NCBI GenBank assembly: GCA_040954595.2 | Contig: CM082576.2 | Location: 1,102,648-1,166,647, forward strand | Length of the DNA stretch: 64,000 nt | DNA from: Balanoglossus misakiensis | Taxonomy: Eukaryota; Animalia; Hemichordata | Direction: 5' to 3' | Shown here: piece after piece, positions 12,901-25,924 of the stretch | Numbering within the stretch: position 1 is the stretch's first letter | How the letters are laid out: each line of letters starts with the position of its first letter | Made by a program: the position numbers and the translations under genes | Notes under the pieces: generated by a model | What the model was told of the DNA's origin: nothing | Databases searched by the model: none | What the model saw: the letters and a program-made list of their open reading frames with translations, nothing else

Positions 12901-15900
12901 GGCCCAGAATATCGGGAGCCTCACAATGTGAACTGGGCATTAAACTTAACAATAATTCTGGATGCTGTCGAAGCCCATGCAAAGAAGTGGACTGATTAAG
13001 AAGCTGAAGACATGAATTGCGTCTTAAGTCAGTCAGGTGATTAAGTTAGATCTTGCATTTCACATCTTCGATCTTCATGTGCTGTCATCAGCACGTAATC
13101 TGTATTTAATGATCCTGCCGTGTGTGAATACTTTATTAATGTATTACATGATAAGTATGTTGTTATGCCTGCAGACAAAGCTTCCAAGAACATCATTTTT
13201 TGTCTGCAAGCATTTGTTACATTTAACGTTTGATAGATGAACTGAAAATTAATTCAGATGAGCAATTCAACATACTCGCTTTCAACCTTCTCCGAAGAGG
13301 AGAAATCCATCAAGTATAAGTAAATTTGGCATCCAGTTAGAGCATAATAACAAGGTATTATCCAAAGTCTATTGGATTCCTGAAATACACAAGAATCCAT
13401 AAAAACAGCATTTCTTAGATGGTTGTAAAGAGGGTGTTAAACCAAGCGCGTGCCAGAACGGGTCTCGTGTGATATTGCAATAAAGTTTATGAAACTAGTG
13501 GGATCAATCAAATGTTGATATTGTAGCAATTAAATTAAATTTTAGGTGCTTTGCAAACCGACAAAAACATGTGTAGCTCACACCAAGCATTTCATTTGTC
13601 AAGGCTGTCCACTACCGTCCCAGTCAATCATCCACTCGACGCCATTACTGGTTAGTGGCAGTCATAGGCATAAAAATAGAAAATAGAGAGTTTTCTCTGT
13701 CGATAAACATTCAACAGGAATAAACCTCAAGTTTCAACAACTGTCGATGATGAATAGATAGAGGGAGTAGAGAGAAGGGAATGATACGCAAAACAGTACA
13801 TTTGTCCTTGCAAGTATGATGTATTAACTTTCAGAAATTCAATTCTTTTGCATAATATAAAGAATACAAATTATATCCAATTTCCAGCTTCGAGTATAGA
13901 TCAAATTCCCAGCCTTTGGAAAATGTGTGGTTTGTGGGGTTGTCACGTTGCCTTCATGCAGCGCCACTATCAATCTCCCATATTCATTCAAAAAACTGTC
14001 TGTGTGTGTTGGTGTAGCTCCCTCTTCACATTTGTTGCGTGAATATCTCGGGGATTTCAGTTGATGTAAATAATTCACATGGTGTACGTGTATTTTGTGA
14101 TACAGAGGTTATGTTTAGTTGCGTACAGGGTCATAAATAATTTAGGAATACAGTCATTTAACAGACTTGATCATACAGTCTTATCAACACTTCCCCTGGA
14201 TGTTTGTTGTTCATTTTAAAGTGTACTTAGATACACACGACTTCACTGTTCTGTAAAGATCGCATGACATGTCAAACATGACTGCGCGGGTGAAGATTTT
14301 GCTGATATGAACGCATGAGTCCTTATCTCTAGAAATCAAAGGCTCTTACCTTGCGTCTACTTTTACTTTGTCGTGTGTGTTGAAAGTCTTTGTTGTGCAC
14401 CATTCTGTCCGATTTGGTCATGCGCAGCAGCCTGGTTGCCATGATACCGTAGCAGATGCAGAGAAGCGTCAGCGGGAAAAAGTATAAGATGAGCATCAGG
14501 AAAATGTGCCAACCTTTGACGAAAACGACCCCGAAATCTTCGAATTGTGGAGTGCATATGACGCGATAGACTGAGCCGTAATCGCTCTCCAGGTAGTAGA
14601 AGAACAGGCAGGATGGGTAGAGATATGGCGCCAACAACAAACAACCAACCATCCAGATTGTGATGATGATCTTCCTAGCACGTGACTTAGTTCCAAATGA
14701 TCTTGCTTGGAGTGGATGTATGATGGCCAGGTACCTGTACGAATAGGAATAGAATTCTGATTTGCAAAGTTGACAGTCAAACTGATGACATTTTGTACTT
14801 GATCACCATGCAGTTTAATAACTTTTATGTTACAGCCCATCGGCTAATTTCATATCGTCTTTTATTTGTGCCACTGTCAAACAGACGGGAACTTCCCTGG
14901 GATGCAATCTTACGCAATCATTTCTGGCAAGAATTGTGGATATTTACGAGAATATCTTGAGCTTTCCGACGTTTTAACAGTATCTGCCCCCAAGCGGTCA
15001 CCTTAAGTGACCCGCGATGTTGAATAAAGCCATCAAAATCACCACTCATAAATTTTATCGTTGGAACCGTGGGAGTTCTTAGGCAGTATAGTGGGCAATT
15101 TGTTCATATAATATTTACAAGCTTGCTGTCTCAGAGTCAGGAATTGGCGGTGAGCCGGTGATTACCGCCCAACATCACCCTTCTACTGCATTCAACGTCG
15201 TTTTACATTAGGGCCTCAATCTTCGAAGCGAACTTCACCAACTGATACTTCGTGTCATTTACGAATATTTTCATCTACGAAATGCACGTGTTTTATTTTC
15301 TTGACGTTTGAGAAAATGAAACTAGAAGGCTGGCTCGTGCTTTGCATTCCACGATTGGATGCATTTTCAGCGCAATACGCAGGTCAACACTTGCGTCGCA
15401 AATGTCGTACATCAGTTGGCAATTTGCCTTTAATAACACAAGTGCAACGATATAAGGTAGATATCATCATGTGATCATGATCAATCTAATTGGGAAACTG
15501 GCAAATAAAACGAACATTACACCACAAGCGATTTGGGAATCGCCTTTATAATGCTCTCGTACTTCTGAAAGGTCAGCGAAACAAGACCGGAAATTTCAAC
15601 GTTCTCACTAACGTGTTGTAATTATCGGTAATAAAGACCCATTGCAAAGAAAATCGAGAATTACAAACTCCAATTTCCCACTGATATTACTATATTGGGA
15701 AGACAATTCAAAGAAAGAGTAAAATTTACAGTGTTCTGTCAAAAACGCCTGCCGTTGCTTGCCTTCTAGTTCCTGCACCCGGGGACAGTAAATTTAATTT
15801 TCGACAATCGGTCCAATAATTCACCGGATTGATTTAATTTTCAGCGAAGCGTGATGGAGCGAACATGAATTCAAAGCCTTGGACTGACCGAGGCTATTTA

Positions 15901-17152
15901 CGTGCTTACACGATGCATGGAAATTCTGAATAAACCGTTCAGCGTAATTTTCTTCGGTGTCGTATGTAGACAGTTTTATGGCTGCATGCATACACATCCA
16001 ATCAGTTAGGGAACGTGTGCGGCTGCTGGGCTTGAGTTTGTTTCATTTCCTGGTCGTCAACGTGACTAGCCACATGCGCGTGGCACGATTTTTGTCTTCA
16101 ATTTAATATTTGCAAGTGAAAAGTTGAAGGCCAGAAACAGACTTTTTGTGGTGGGTTGTTCCTGACGCAAACCATCCAAATCTCATACCCATAATAAACA
16201 ACCATAGACTGCTAATACTTTTATAGATGAGAACATCACCTGAGATTATCGCTCAAAATGAAAATTGCACAGATAGAGATCACTCTTCAAAACCCAACAG
16301 AAATTACACAGGTGAAACCAAATTTGAATTTAAACAATGTGTGTCAGGCATGGTGTTCTTGGTTTACTCCAATTGAATCTAAGCTTAGCTCCTAGTCATA
16401 GGTCTGGCTGTTTAATGTATTTGTGGTTGTGTAACCTGGCAGCTCCGAATGCCCGGCAATTTTCTAGAGTACTCTTATACTGTGGCAATGAAACGGAAAG
16501 TGTTATTGATTGTATGACAGGTAAATATGGTTACTAAATTAGAAAGAGGAATGACTTAATATCCGTACTCCGATAGATGTATTTTCGCAACACCAATATC
16601 AGAATGGCGGCAGTTATTAATCATTAACAGATGAAGGATCTGAAATAAATCACAGATAAAGAATACCTACCTATCGACGGATACGGCTACTAGCGTCCAG
16701 ATACTAGCAAACACAAATATTGGTTGGAGGTATGACGTCACAGAGCAGAGAGCAACACTGTCTTTAAACGGTGAAATTTCAGCGTCCATGCCCAACTCGA
16801 TCAGTTTAGTAGGTAAGGCAAATATGGAGACTAAGAAGTCACTGGCAGCCAAACTGACGATATAATAGTTTGTAGCAGTGTGCATGCTTTTGTGCTTCCA
16901 GACAATCCATATGACGCTTAAATTACCACAGAGGGCAAGTACCATCACCAGCAGATAAAGAATCACAAATGTGGCATGGACCGCTTGCAGTTGCGTCAAG
17001 TCCGGGTAGCCAAGGACGGGAAGATGTTCAATACACTCCCCGGAACTTTCGTTACCCGCTCCGGAGTTGTAGTCGTAGTAGTTGTACGACCCGCCGTTGT
17101 CGGAGCCGATGGTCTTCACCGGATCGATCGCGGACAAATTCTTGGGGTCCAT
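5440..17152 (-). CDS. Class A (rhodopsin-like) neuropeptide-type GPCR A, 789 aa; exons 17152-16671, 14734-14350, 6942-5440
   Basis: The splices are in frame: a phase-2 intron inside the DRY arginine codon and a phase-0 intron before TM6. Motifs: GN (TM1), TNYYIVSLAASD (TM2), TM3 Cys, DRY, TM4 W, ECL2 Cys, FFP..Y (TM5), CWAP (TM6), NSSINPVIY (TM7). N-terminal sequons NLS and NES. The C-tail is about 420 aa. The ligand family cannot be assigned by eye. Confidence 0.93.
9442..10684 (+). pseudogene. Possible decayed two-exon gene or TE ORF nested antisense in GPCR A intron 2
   Basis: ATG 9442 is open to a phase-1 donor T|GTAAGT (9629). A compatible acceptor ccAG lies at 10251-10252, after which protein-like text is broken by stops and a frameshift. 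Two inverted CCAAT boxes lie at about 9279 and 9309. No family was recognised. Confidence 0.3.
14350..14734 (-). CDS. GPCR A exon 2 (ICL2 to ICL3)
   Basis: Acceptor tacAG|G and donor AAG|GTAAGA. Reads YLAIIHPLQARSFGTKSRARKIIITIW...LESDYGSVYRVIC...FFPLTLLCICY...KSRRK. Confidence 0.92.
16671..17152 (-). CDS. GPCR A exon 1 (N-terminus to TM3)
   Basis: ATG at 17152 (MDPKNLS...). Ends VAVSVD-AG|GTAGGT. The exon acceptor is probably ttcAG at about 17359. Confidence 0.9.
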
Positions 17153-17207
17153 TCTTGGAATGTCGAGATGCGTGCTTACAGAGGATGACCAGAAATGAGT
17201 ATTTACT

Positions 17208-17291
17208 TTATGTGGTCGAAACAGATAATATATCACTGGAGGTCCAGCTGGACGAATCCGACGACAAGGTGTTGGTCAAGTTGTCCATCAT
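17208..17291 (-). other. Upstream ORF (27 aa) in the GPCR A leader
   Basis: ATGATG...TAA encodes MMDNLTNTLSSDSSSWTSSDILSVSTT. It ends 55 nt before the receptor ATG, in a different frame. Confidence 0.55.
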
Positions 17292-19918
17292 CACCCGTCC
17301 TAATGCGATGTTCTTCACCTCCACGGGGTCGTATCACTATAGTTGTTGCCCTGTCAACCTGAACCAAATCAAATAACTTAGTAAACAAAAAGCACCATAT
17401 ATCTTGTCTACTTCTAAATGTGTGGACTGATCGTTCTTGCATGCGACTCCGAGTGAGAATTACAACAACACTGCTGAATACACAGGAAAACTACACCACG
17501 GGTTAAGCGATACGAACACCAGCCGAAAACCTGGTCAAGTGCAGCGAAAAATGGTAAAACGGTCACGTCATACAAGTTCCACCATCACAGTGGACCCCAG
17601 AAAGGATTAAGCTAATTGGTGCTTGAAGTTCTTCAACAGAAAATAATGCTCAGCTACGAGTGAAAGGTCGTTTCTCGGTAAAACCTGCGCGATCTCTCAG
17701 TGACTTGAGTTGAACTTCAGTCCTTTTCAACTTCCACGTATGCGGAGTCTAAAGTTTTACGCAAAATAAGCCGACCACTTTATAAATATTCCGTCGACTA
17801 CCTTTATCCCGCTATGGATTTCATTAGAGGCGTGATTAAATCACATTTGATGAAGATGACAAGAAATCCCAAGGAATTGTGGAAATACCTAAGGACATGA
17901 ACTTTAATTAAACTTAAAGCCATGACATATGGTGATGAAGTAGACGTCCCCTTGGAACTATTTAACTGCCAATGCCGGCACCAACCTATACCTATGGCTA
18001 CCTTGATGTATCAATATTTCCTGTGTTTCATCGGCGTGTGTATTGTATCAATTGCCATCAAATGCTATTCATCTATTTTATGACCACACAGACTTATCCA
18101 CCGACCCTCAATCTTGTTAATTTTAAATAAATGATCTCAAGTTACACGTTTTCTTCTTACTATGCGAGTAGTGACTTCTTCATTCCTACTTCGCGTTTCT
18201 ACGATTTATTGGGTAACAGGCAGGCAATGAGACACATTTGATCGTGAACAACAAACCCAATTCACTTCAAATGTCTCTTTGTGTTGTTCAGTCAGTTCCA
18301 TAATTTACACAAATCGATTTATTTAACAGCAGTTTAGTTCATTTCACTTGACTCTGTAGAGTGTACGTTTAATCACATTTCTTGTCTTCTATTTTGTGTT
18401 CATAATTTACGACCATTATTTACTTAACCTCAGTACTATTTCTTTGATTTAGTCTTGAGTTAACCAATCTAAACGCATTCAATTGCAGTTCCACGCAGTG
18501 TTGTCTCAAGCACTTCGGGATAATATTTATGCGCTGTTAGGCTAAAATTAGCAAGAAGGGTTTACAGGTTGAACATTCATCTTTTGAGGCGATTTAAATT
18601 TCCGCGGAAAAACTTCTATTATTTTTCCTGCCGTTCGTATTCAGCTTGTACGTGCTGACAAGTGGCGATGACATATCAGCACGTTGTCTCAGGACCGACA
18701 ATTCAGTGTGATTCAATATGCAGGACGCATGCATCTTACTACACAAATATCAAAACGATGCCAAGAGATAGCCATCTTCGTCCCTTGAATTCAGCCTGAT
18801 TTGTTTTCTCATTCTTACTAGGTCGAGCAGAAAATGTTTGGTTACGATAACGTTTGCCCGACGAACTGCCTTAATTACACCTGCTGACGTCGACCCTGCT
18901 CTGACCTTTTCACAGTCTAATACATAAACACGATCTAGAAAGTGACATATGTTTTGCAATGACGTCTTGCTGTTACAAGTGTTATGAAGGAAATGACCAA
19001 AGCTGTAATAATATATCGGCTGCTTTGAAGACCTGACCTCGTCATGGAATAAAAATTCATGCAGCTATTTCCTCTGACGTTCCTACACTTTCTGAAAAGC
19101 ATGTTTTCAGAACTACATATTTTCTTCGTTTAAAAGGGTCTGACAAGGGGAATTTCACACGTCCCCTCGGGCTGCGGGCGAGGGATTTGAAAAGGACGTC
19201 GAGATCTTTTGAAAAGGGACATACGTCCACGATGGATTTCTACAACCAAGGCGTCACCATTTTTTTAAATGTGAGAAGAGAGAGCTGAGGGATTGTTTCA
19301 AAGTGCGCAAATCAAGCATCATATTCGGCTGTTCACACCCCAACAGTTCCTGGCGTCACGCAACAAAACCCAAAGATCGACAAAGATCACCCAACTGGCT
19401 CCAAAGACGAAGATTAAAGATCGAGTCTTGAAAATTCTGTCTCCTTGGTTTATCTAGGATTTTTCATGTCATTGGTGCAATAAATCATTGCAAAATGCCT
19501 GAGGTAGCATATCTTTTATGATTTTGAGCAGAAAAGGCCTACCGCTGTTACCATTTGCGCTGAGGATAGATTCGATGTGGTCCACCACTGAAGGGGGTGT
19601 GACAGGCGACACATCTGGTGAAAGTGTTTACCTTGACTGATTCAGAAAGAATACTTGTCGTAGTTTCACCTAAATACAATGAGCACGGATAAACTTGTAG
19701 CACACACAGAGGTAATGTCCGCTGTGATGAATTGTTACTGTTCACTGAAGAAACGAAGATGATAAGACTTTGACTCTTCACTGAACACTGGTTATCTTCG
19801 ACCAGTGTAACTGGCAATTCGTCCATCCATGCATGATGACCGCATTTGATCTCAGGCTTGCAAAGTCACAGAGGGGGACGGCACAACAAGAAAAGGGAAA
19901 TGTATTTTTCTTACTTAC

Positions 19919-20300
19919 CTGTGAAGTTTATTTTCGCATATGTTGCCACAGACACGCCACCAATGTCTTCTCAAAAGCGCTCGAAAAGATGTCGAATGAA
20001 TGGTAGGCAACGCGGGAGCTACTTATTGACACATACCAGGGAGAGACCGACTCGAAGACGAAATTGCTGATCTCGCTCGATGTGGACTCGGCAAACGGAG
20101 GTGGCGCGCTATCGTCACCCACCAGCGCAAAGCCAATGAATAAATGTCATCGCCCAGGACTTAGCTGACTGTCACCGTGCTTGTCTTATGCAAATACTGC
20201 CCTCGTCCGAAATAGCTCTGCGAAAACAGTTTGCACACAGTTCGTGTGACTATTTTCGAGAGCAAGCGCATATAGCCGGAGCTATAATTCTTGTCTCAAA
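19919..20300 (-). promoter_or_regulatory. Putative non-coding first exon and promoter of GPCR A
   Basis: Strong minus-strand donor CAG|GTAAGT at 19919/19918 at the edge of a CpG-richer block. An octamer ATGCAAAT lies near 20188. The TSS is not determined. Confidence 0.45.
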
Positions 20301-21679
20301 CGTTTGCAAATTATGATGGGTTAGGGGGTGATTGCCCCACCAATCAACCATTAATCACAGGTCATTACTGGCAGTCAGTCGTCCTTACGATTCACCTAAT
20401 ATATATTAATAGATGTCGAGCTGAACAACTGTTTTGCATACTATATAAATTACTTTTACGAAACATAGTCACTTTTAACCAAAAAGGAATTTTCCTTCGA
20501 CATAACGTATATAAACATTTTGTGCAGGGGCATGTCTGCATTCTGCTCTCGCATTGATCGACTGTATCTCCGAGACTTTGATGTGTATTTAAAATTTTAA
20601 AACAAACATCAGTATTATTTTTAATTCAAGATGTACATATAGCTGTTAGCATCACGACTCTGGTATTCTATTGAAGATAAACCAAAAATAGCAGACAACA
20701 TTAAAATTATGTCGCTGTAGTACAGTCACATAATATAACCGGAAGCCCTTCTCAGCAGAGGAAATCGCGTCTTACGTAAATGCCACTCACCTATTGCTCA
20801 CATTTCCCAAGGGATAATACTGCAAATCCGTCAGAAATGCAACATTGTCAAAGATATCTAAGATACACCTAGATTGTGGCAAACAAGATATCATCATTTA
20901 TTATTCATTCTTTAACTCGTCTTCCCACACTACAACATAACAAAATCCTCCCGGGGTCTACAGTCACATTCACTCCTTCCTCCAAAACAGTATTGATTTC
21001 GAGCGACAGAGAAAATGATTTTCCGTTAATGTGCGTTACCTTTCATTTTTAAATTACTACTGTTATTTAATTAGGGTTAATTGAACACAGAAGTCTATTT
21101 TCCACGCGATCACGTATTTGCGAACGACGCATCGTAAACTCACAGTCCTGATGGCGGGAACAGATAACAAGATTGAGGAGTACACTTTCGGAATTGTGTA
21201 AAAAGAATCGGGAATATTAAAAGTTTCAGTGGAATATTAGACTTATATTAAAGTAGGAGAGATAAAAAAGGCTTAAATAGATATAGTGAGTTGTCACTTT
21301 TTTCATGGGGATCTTATGAATAGAAATTGAACGGTAGTGTTGTGAACTCCGACAATACACATTATTAGCAAATGAATGTGACTACACGGATTTCAGGAGA
21401 GAAGCATATAATCCTCAAAGTTGACACGTGACTCTGTGTAGGCTAAGTACTTTAAATAGAGAAGTGAATATGTGTACGTACTGTAGTCATGTATGAAGTG
21501 GACAAGGGACACGTAAATCATCCCTTTAACACAAGACATTTGTCAATGACAATAGAACCAAAGAGACAAGTTCGGGTACTTGGTCCTCACGGGAGCAAGA
21601 ACTTAGTTGGACGATGTGGGAAGATGAAACTATTTGTGAACGACGAAGTCATTATCTTCTGACATACTAGTAGTATCTC

Positions 21680-21792
21680 TGACCCCTCCCCTTGTAAAAT
21701 GAATGACCCCTCCCTTCGAACGGTCAAAATAAGTTGATCACTTCGAAATTGCCCCCCCCCCCCCCCGGCCACAATAACTGGACACTCCCTAA
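21680..21792. mobile_element. MITE-end-like remnant
   Basis: TGACCCCTCCC x2, a poly-C run and a terminal AATAACTGGACACTCCCTA. A similar end (…CCATCCCTTA) lies near 29395-29431. Confidence 0.35.
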
Positions 21793-23549
21793 ACAGTTAG
21801 CTGTAATTGTCGGTCGTGATTGACATGATGCGTGACCCTTCATTGTTCAAGAAAAAGAGATACTGTACTCGATTGATAGAATTCATGATCATTGGGGAAT
21901 GTGTGAGAAATTGGCAATCCGAAAAGATAATGGTCTGCGGTCACAGTAGATTTCTATTTTAAACCTTGCGAAATGTTAGGATTCTGCCGTAATTAGCCAT
22001 TGGTCATGAGCAAGAGCAATAACAAGGCCGTTTTGGGTGGAGATCTAGTAATCGGACGATGTTAGGGGCAATGTCCATTATTCGAAATGAAATAAAATAG
22101 GGTCTAATCTTCATAAAAAGTTCTAGTACAAAAACAAAAGGTCATTTTAACTAATGGCGTATATAATGGATATTGATAAAAAAAGAATAGAATTGTGAGT
22201 CATTCGGGAAGCCCATTTTGTATGCAAGATGATTTCTAATTTAATCAGCTATTAATTAGTTGATAAATCCCAGAGATTGGCATAAGATTTGACGTGACGC
22301 ACTTTAACATGTCTGAAAGGCGGCGACAGTGGTGATGGAGATGGTCCGATCAATACAAGTGCGGATTCATCCTCTGTCAAGATTGACTGTTCCTCAAGGA
22401 GTTTCATCGAGATTATTCATGGCTTTCCAAATATTGACATTTAATTACGCATCGATATTTTGCATCTATTGATAGCGGGATTGTAATTACGTTCGCAGAC
22501 TTGAGTGAGACGAAGTTAAGTGGCACTTTTCACGACTACTCCAGTCTTGTATCCAGATACGATTTAAAACCAACAGCCAATAAAATCACGACGCGTTGAA
22601 AAGATGTTGGATCTGTGCATTAAGCCACTCTCGTTCTTTCAATCACCCGCTGACACTGGCACTGTTCTTGTTTCGATTCCCATAATCCAATGCGAACATC
22701 GCATCATTGGAAAAGTACGATGAACTTTATGATTCTTGTAACCTTTCTGGGTTCTTCGTCTTCAACGAAAGGGGTAACCCTCGAAACCATAGTATCGTTC
22801 TAGGTTTTTTTTCATGACAGTTCTCGTCGTCATACATACAAGAACGGGTTTGGCTCGATTTTAGAGCTATAAATTTAACAAATAAATTTATACTCTTCAG
22901 TTTATTGTAAATTTCCCTTCCTTGAGGACACATAGCTATTGTATTTTCATGACGTCATTTACTTCCAATCCAGTCGCCGTTATTTGTCTTTGCTCATAAC
23001 ATACTTATCCCTCCGTGTTATTTTGTCAGATTACCTCGTAAGATTTTTATAGTTCAATTATAAATGGATCAAACTTTCCAATATCCATTATCTTCCTATT
23101 AAATCTCCTTGGGTGTGTAAGTTTCTAATATTGTTCATGCATGCACCGCGCTCCGTGACCTGAGTAGAGTAATCACCGCGTCGAGTGCGCCCTCCTTTAA
23201 AATAAACACTTATAAAAAATCTCCCGGGAAAATCTTGAGTGGAAGAGTGTGTAATGAAATAAAGTGGGATTGTAAGACGCATGCAGAATTGTTCAAATTT
23301 GTGCTTGAAATATCTGATAAGTTTGACATGACATGGTTACCTTAGCAACGGTTTAACGTTGCAAGACACGCTCCAGTGACTTATATGTAGTTAAAACCGA
23401 GCGCGTTATCTATATATGGCCGTTACTGATGAAGAGAAATATAATGGGGTCAAACAGAATTCGTTTTGTGTTCCTCGAAGCAAGTTTTCACTTAATCACC
23501 AATTTCAGCAACACATTTGCATCCGATTTAAACTTTGCTAAGTTCAGAA

Positions 23550-23900
23550 GAGAAGACGGTCTTTGACACATTGACAGTATGGAGTTGAGTTTTCAATTTG
23601 GAAGTAAGTCGGTTTCTGAAAACTCGCAAACTCTCATACTTTCCAATTCTATGTCCAAAACTCGTAGCCGCTGGTGAATTTAAACATTCTTCTCTGAAAC
23701 CGCTTTTCTGATTATTAGTTTAAAATTTGGTATCCGTATGCAGGTTCCAAGGGTGACCTAACTAAAATTATTTCATATTGTGGTGAAATTTCCATATTTG
23801 TAGTTTTGGGCCAATTTTTGCCGTTTTTGGTTTAAAAAAATCTTCTCTGAAACAGCTTGTCCGTGTATTTTGAAATTAGATGCGCCATCTTGTTTGTAAT
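23550..23900. mobile_element. Degenerate interspersed repeat remnant (Helentron/DINE-like sub-repeats)
   Basis: TCTTCTCTGAAAC-GCTT...AAATT units recur at about 23688 and 23841, with a partial copy at 23613. Confidence 0.4.
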
Positions 23901-25439
23901 GCAAAGTATCACAGCGAAACTGCAGCTATTTCGGCTTCTATAGGTTGCCTGTCTATGTAAAAATACTGACTATCATTTGTGAAATATATCACTTGTATAC
24001 TGGAAATCAATTTGTTCTTGCTCGCTCTGTATATCAACGCGTCTGGTCATGTGGTGTAAACCGGCCTACTGTGCCAAACTGAGGTGTCGTTTTAACCTTG
24101 CGATGACCCACACGTGTGAGAAAGAGTGGGGCATTTTGTTGATAGATGGTTTCCCTGCTCGGCTGAGCTGACGGGCTATTCAGAGAGTGTAACATATGTC
24201 ACGCCATGTGATCAAAACAGTGTCCAGTTGTACCAAGAAATATGGACCGTGAGTCAGCTGTTGCCAGAGCAGAGTGAAACATTTATGAAAGTGGAATACA
24301 TGAAATATTGCATAGAAGTCTATCACCATACATGTAAGAGTGAGAAATCATGAAGACATTTCTTGACTTGATAGATCACTTGCTGATCCCAATAGGGAGT
24401 GAGGGATGTCACGTGGTTTGACTGAAGTGATAATAGTTAACCATGACCTCGCTTCGACCTGAAGTATACGAAACATTCTGTGTAAAGATCATTACTTCTC
24501 AGGAGACTTCTTAAAGGTACACGGTCATATATGCAAATTTGCCCACAGTCACTCTGGAAAGCGGAGTTCTAGCCAATCACAGATTTTTAGTTTTTAGTAG
24601 GCACCCTCGCGATAAAAGTGTGCCACCACAAAATCGTAAACTTAGACACGCCCTATTATTACGTCTTTGAGTCGCGTCTAAAGATATTACTTCCATTTTA
24701 TTTTTCCGTCGATTTTCCCTCAAACTAAGCCTTTAAAATGTGAGTTTTCCTCGTAAAAATGCTGACAAATGTTCTCAGGTAATGGTATCGTGCCAGACGG
24801 CAAGATTTCGGCAGCTTTCATCTTTAGAATCGTGAATCAAAGATTCTAGAATGATGCCAGAAGGGCCACCAACTGTGTTTTTATGATGCAGAACTTTCCT
24901 CGGAGAAGTATGCGTGTTTCAAAGATATTGGATAGACCCTATAAAACAGGCCTAATTTATAAAGTAAACGTTGGGATTTTTATAGTTGGTACCTCCTTCA
25001 TATGGCCAATATAAAATCGCTAGATGTTGGAAAGTAACGGCCTTGATGTGTGCCTTGAGGAACTTCAATAAAATGTCGATTGTGGATCCGTGACGGTTGA
25101 AATATCACCAACACTTTATGACGAGGCGGTTAAAGGGCTCTTACTTGGCCTTCAAGTCAAGGTGTCAATGTGTATGTGGCAGGTGATTGGTTTATGGATG
25201 CAGACTAAACTCTAGGGTTTTCGGGTCCCTTTGATAGACTCTTTTAACAAGTTGGACAAGCAATATTTCAATTATTTGGCAGCCATCATTCAGTTGTGAT
25301 TTTTTTCTAAATGCAAACTCTGAAAGTGGCTGAGAACTGTTTTAAGATTTGTAGATTTGTTTCAACTTCTCAGAATGTTCACCTATCTGAAATCTTAAGA
25401 ATAGAATCTCGTCAGGCGAAAAACTTTGAAAAATCTGTT

Positions 25440-25924
25440 TAGTGACACATATAGTGGCCCTCCGGACATGCATTGGTGACGTCACGACAAAAAGAAACTA
25501 TCTCCAAAAGGGTCTCGGGGTCACACATGAGTTATGTGGGCGTGTCATGTCTGGACTGAACTGTACTGTACATTTTCTAAGCTTCAGCGACAGAATACAA
25601 AACAGTAATGTGTATATGTGTTTGCGATCGATATTCCCAATAAAGACAGTAAACAAGGTTATACTGAAGGGTGACAACAGTTGGTAGCATACCGCCCAGA
25701 TGATTTATTGCATATCCGCGACTGTGCCTACCGAGGAGAACAAAGTCCCCTATTTGGGTCCCGACACCAAAAATGTCCACTTTTGGCACGAGCCTCAATC
25801 TTGCTGTCTCAAATCGGCTTGGTTTGCCATATCAGACTTCATCCCCAAGCAGGAGTTTATATTTTGGAGGATCGCGACGTGGCATCGCATCCAGGTGACT
25901 GGTTGTTGGGAGAAACGGTGACGG
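25440..25924 (+). promoter_or_regulatory. Putative promoter and non-coding first exon of GPCR B
   Basis: An inverted CCAAT (ATTGG 25472-25476) abuts a perfect CRE TGACGTCA (25477-25484). The block is CpG-richer and ends in donor CGG|GTAAGA at 25925. A candidate acceptor ctttctacAG lies at 26880. Confidence 0.45.

Noticed and set aside
16667-17236. ORF-track start at 17236 for GPCR A
   Set aside because: It is a GTG start. The first in-frame ATG is at 17152 and gives a normal glycosylated N-terminus.
20160-20185. REST/NRSE-like site near the GPCR A promoter
   Set aside because: The half-site spacing is one base short and there are several mismatches, so it is too weak to call.
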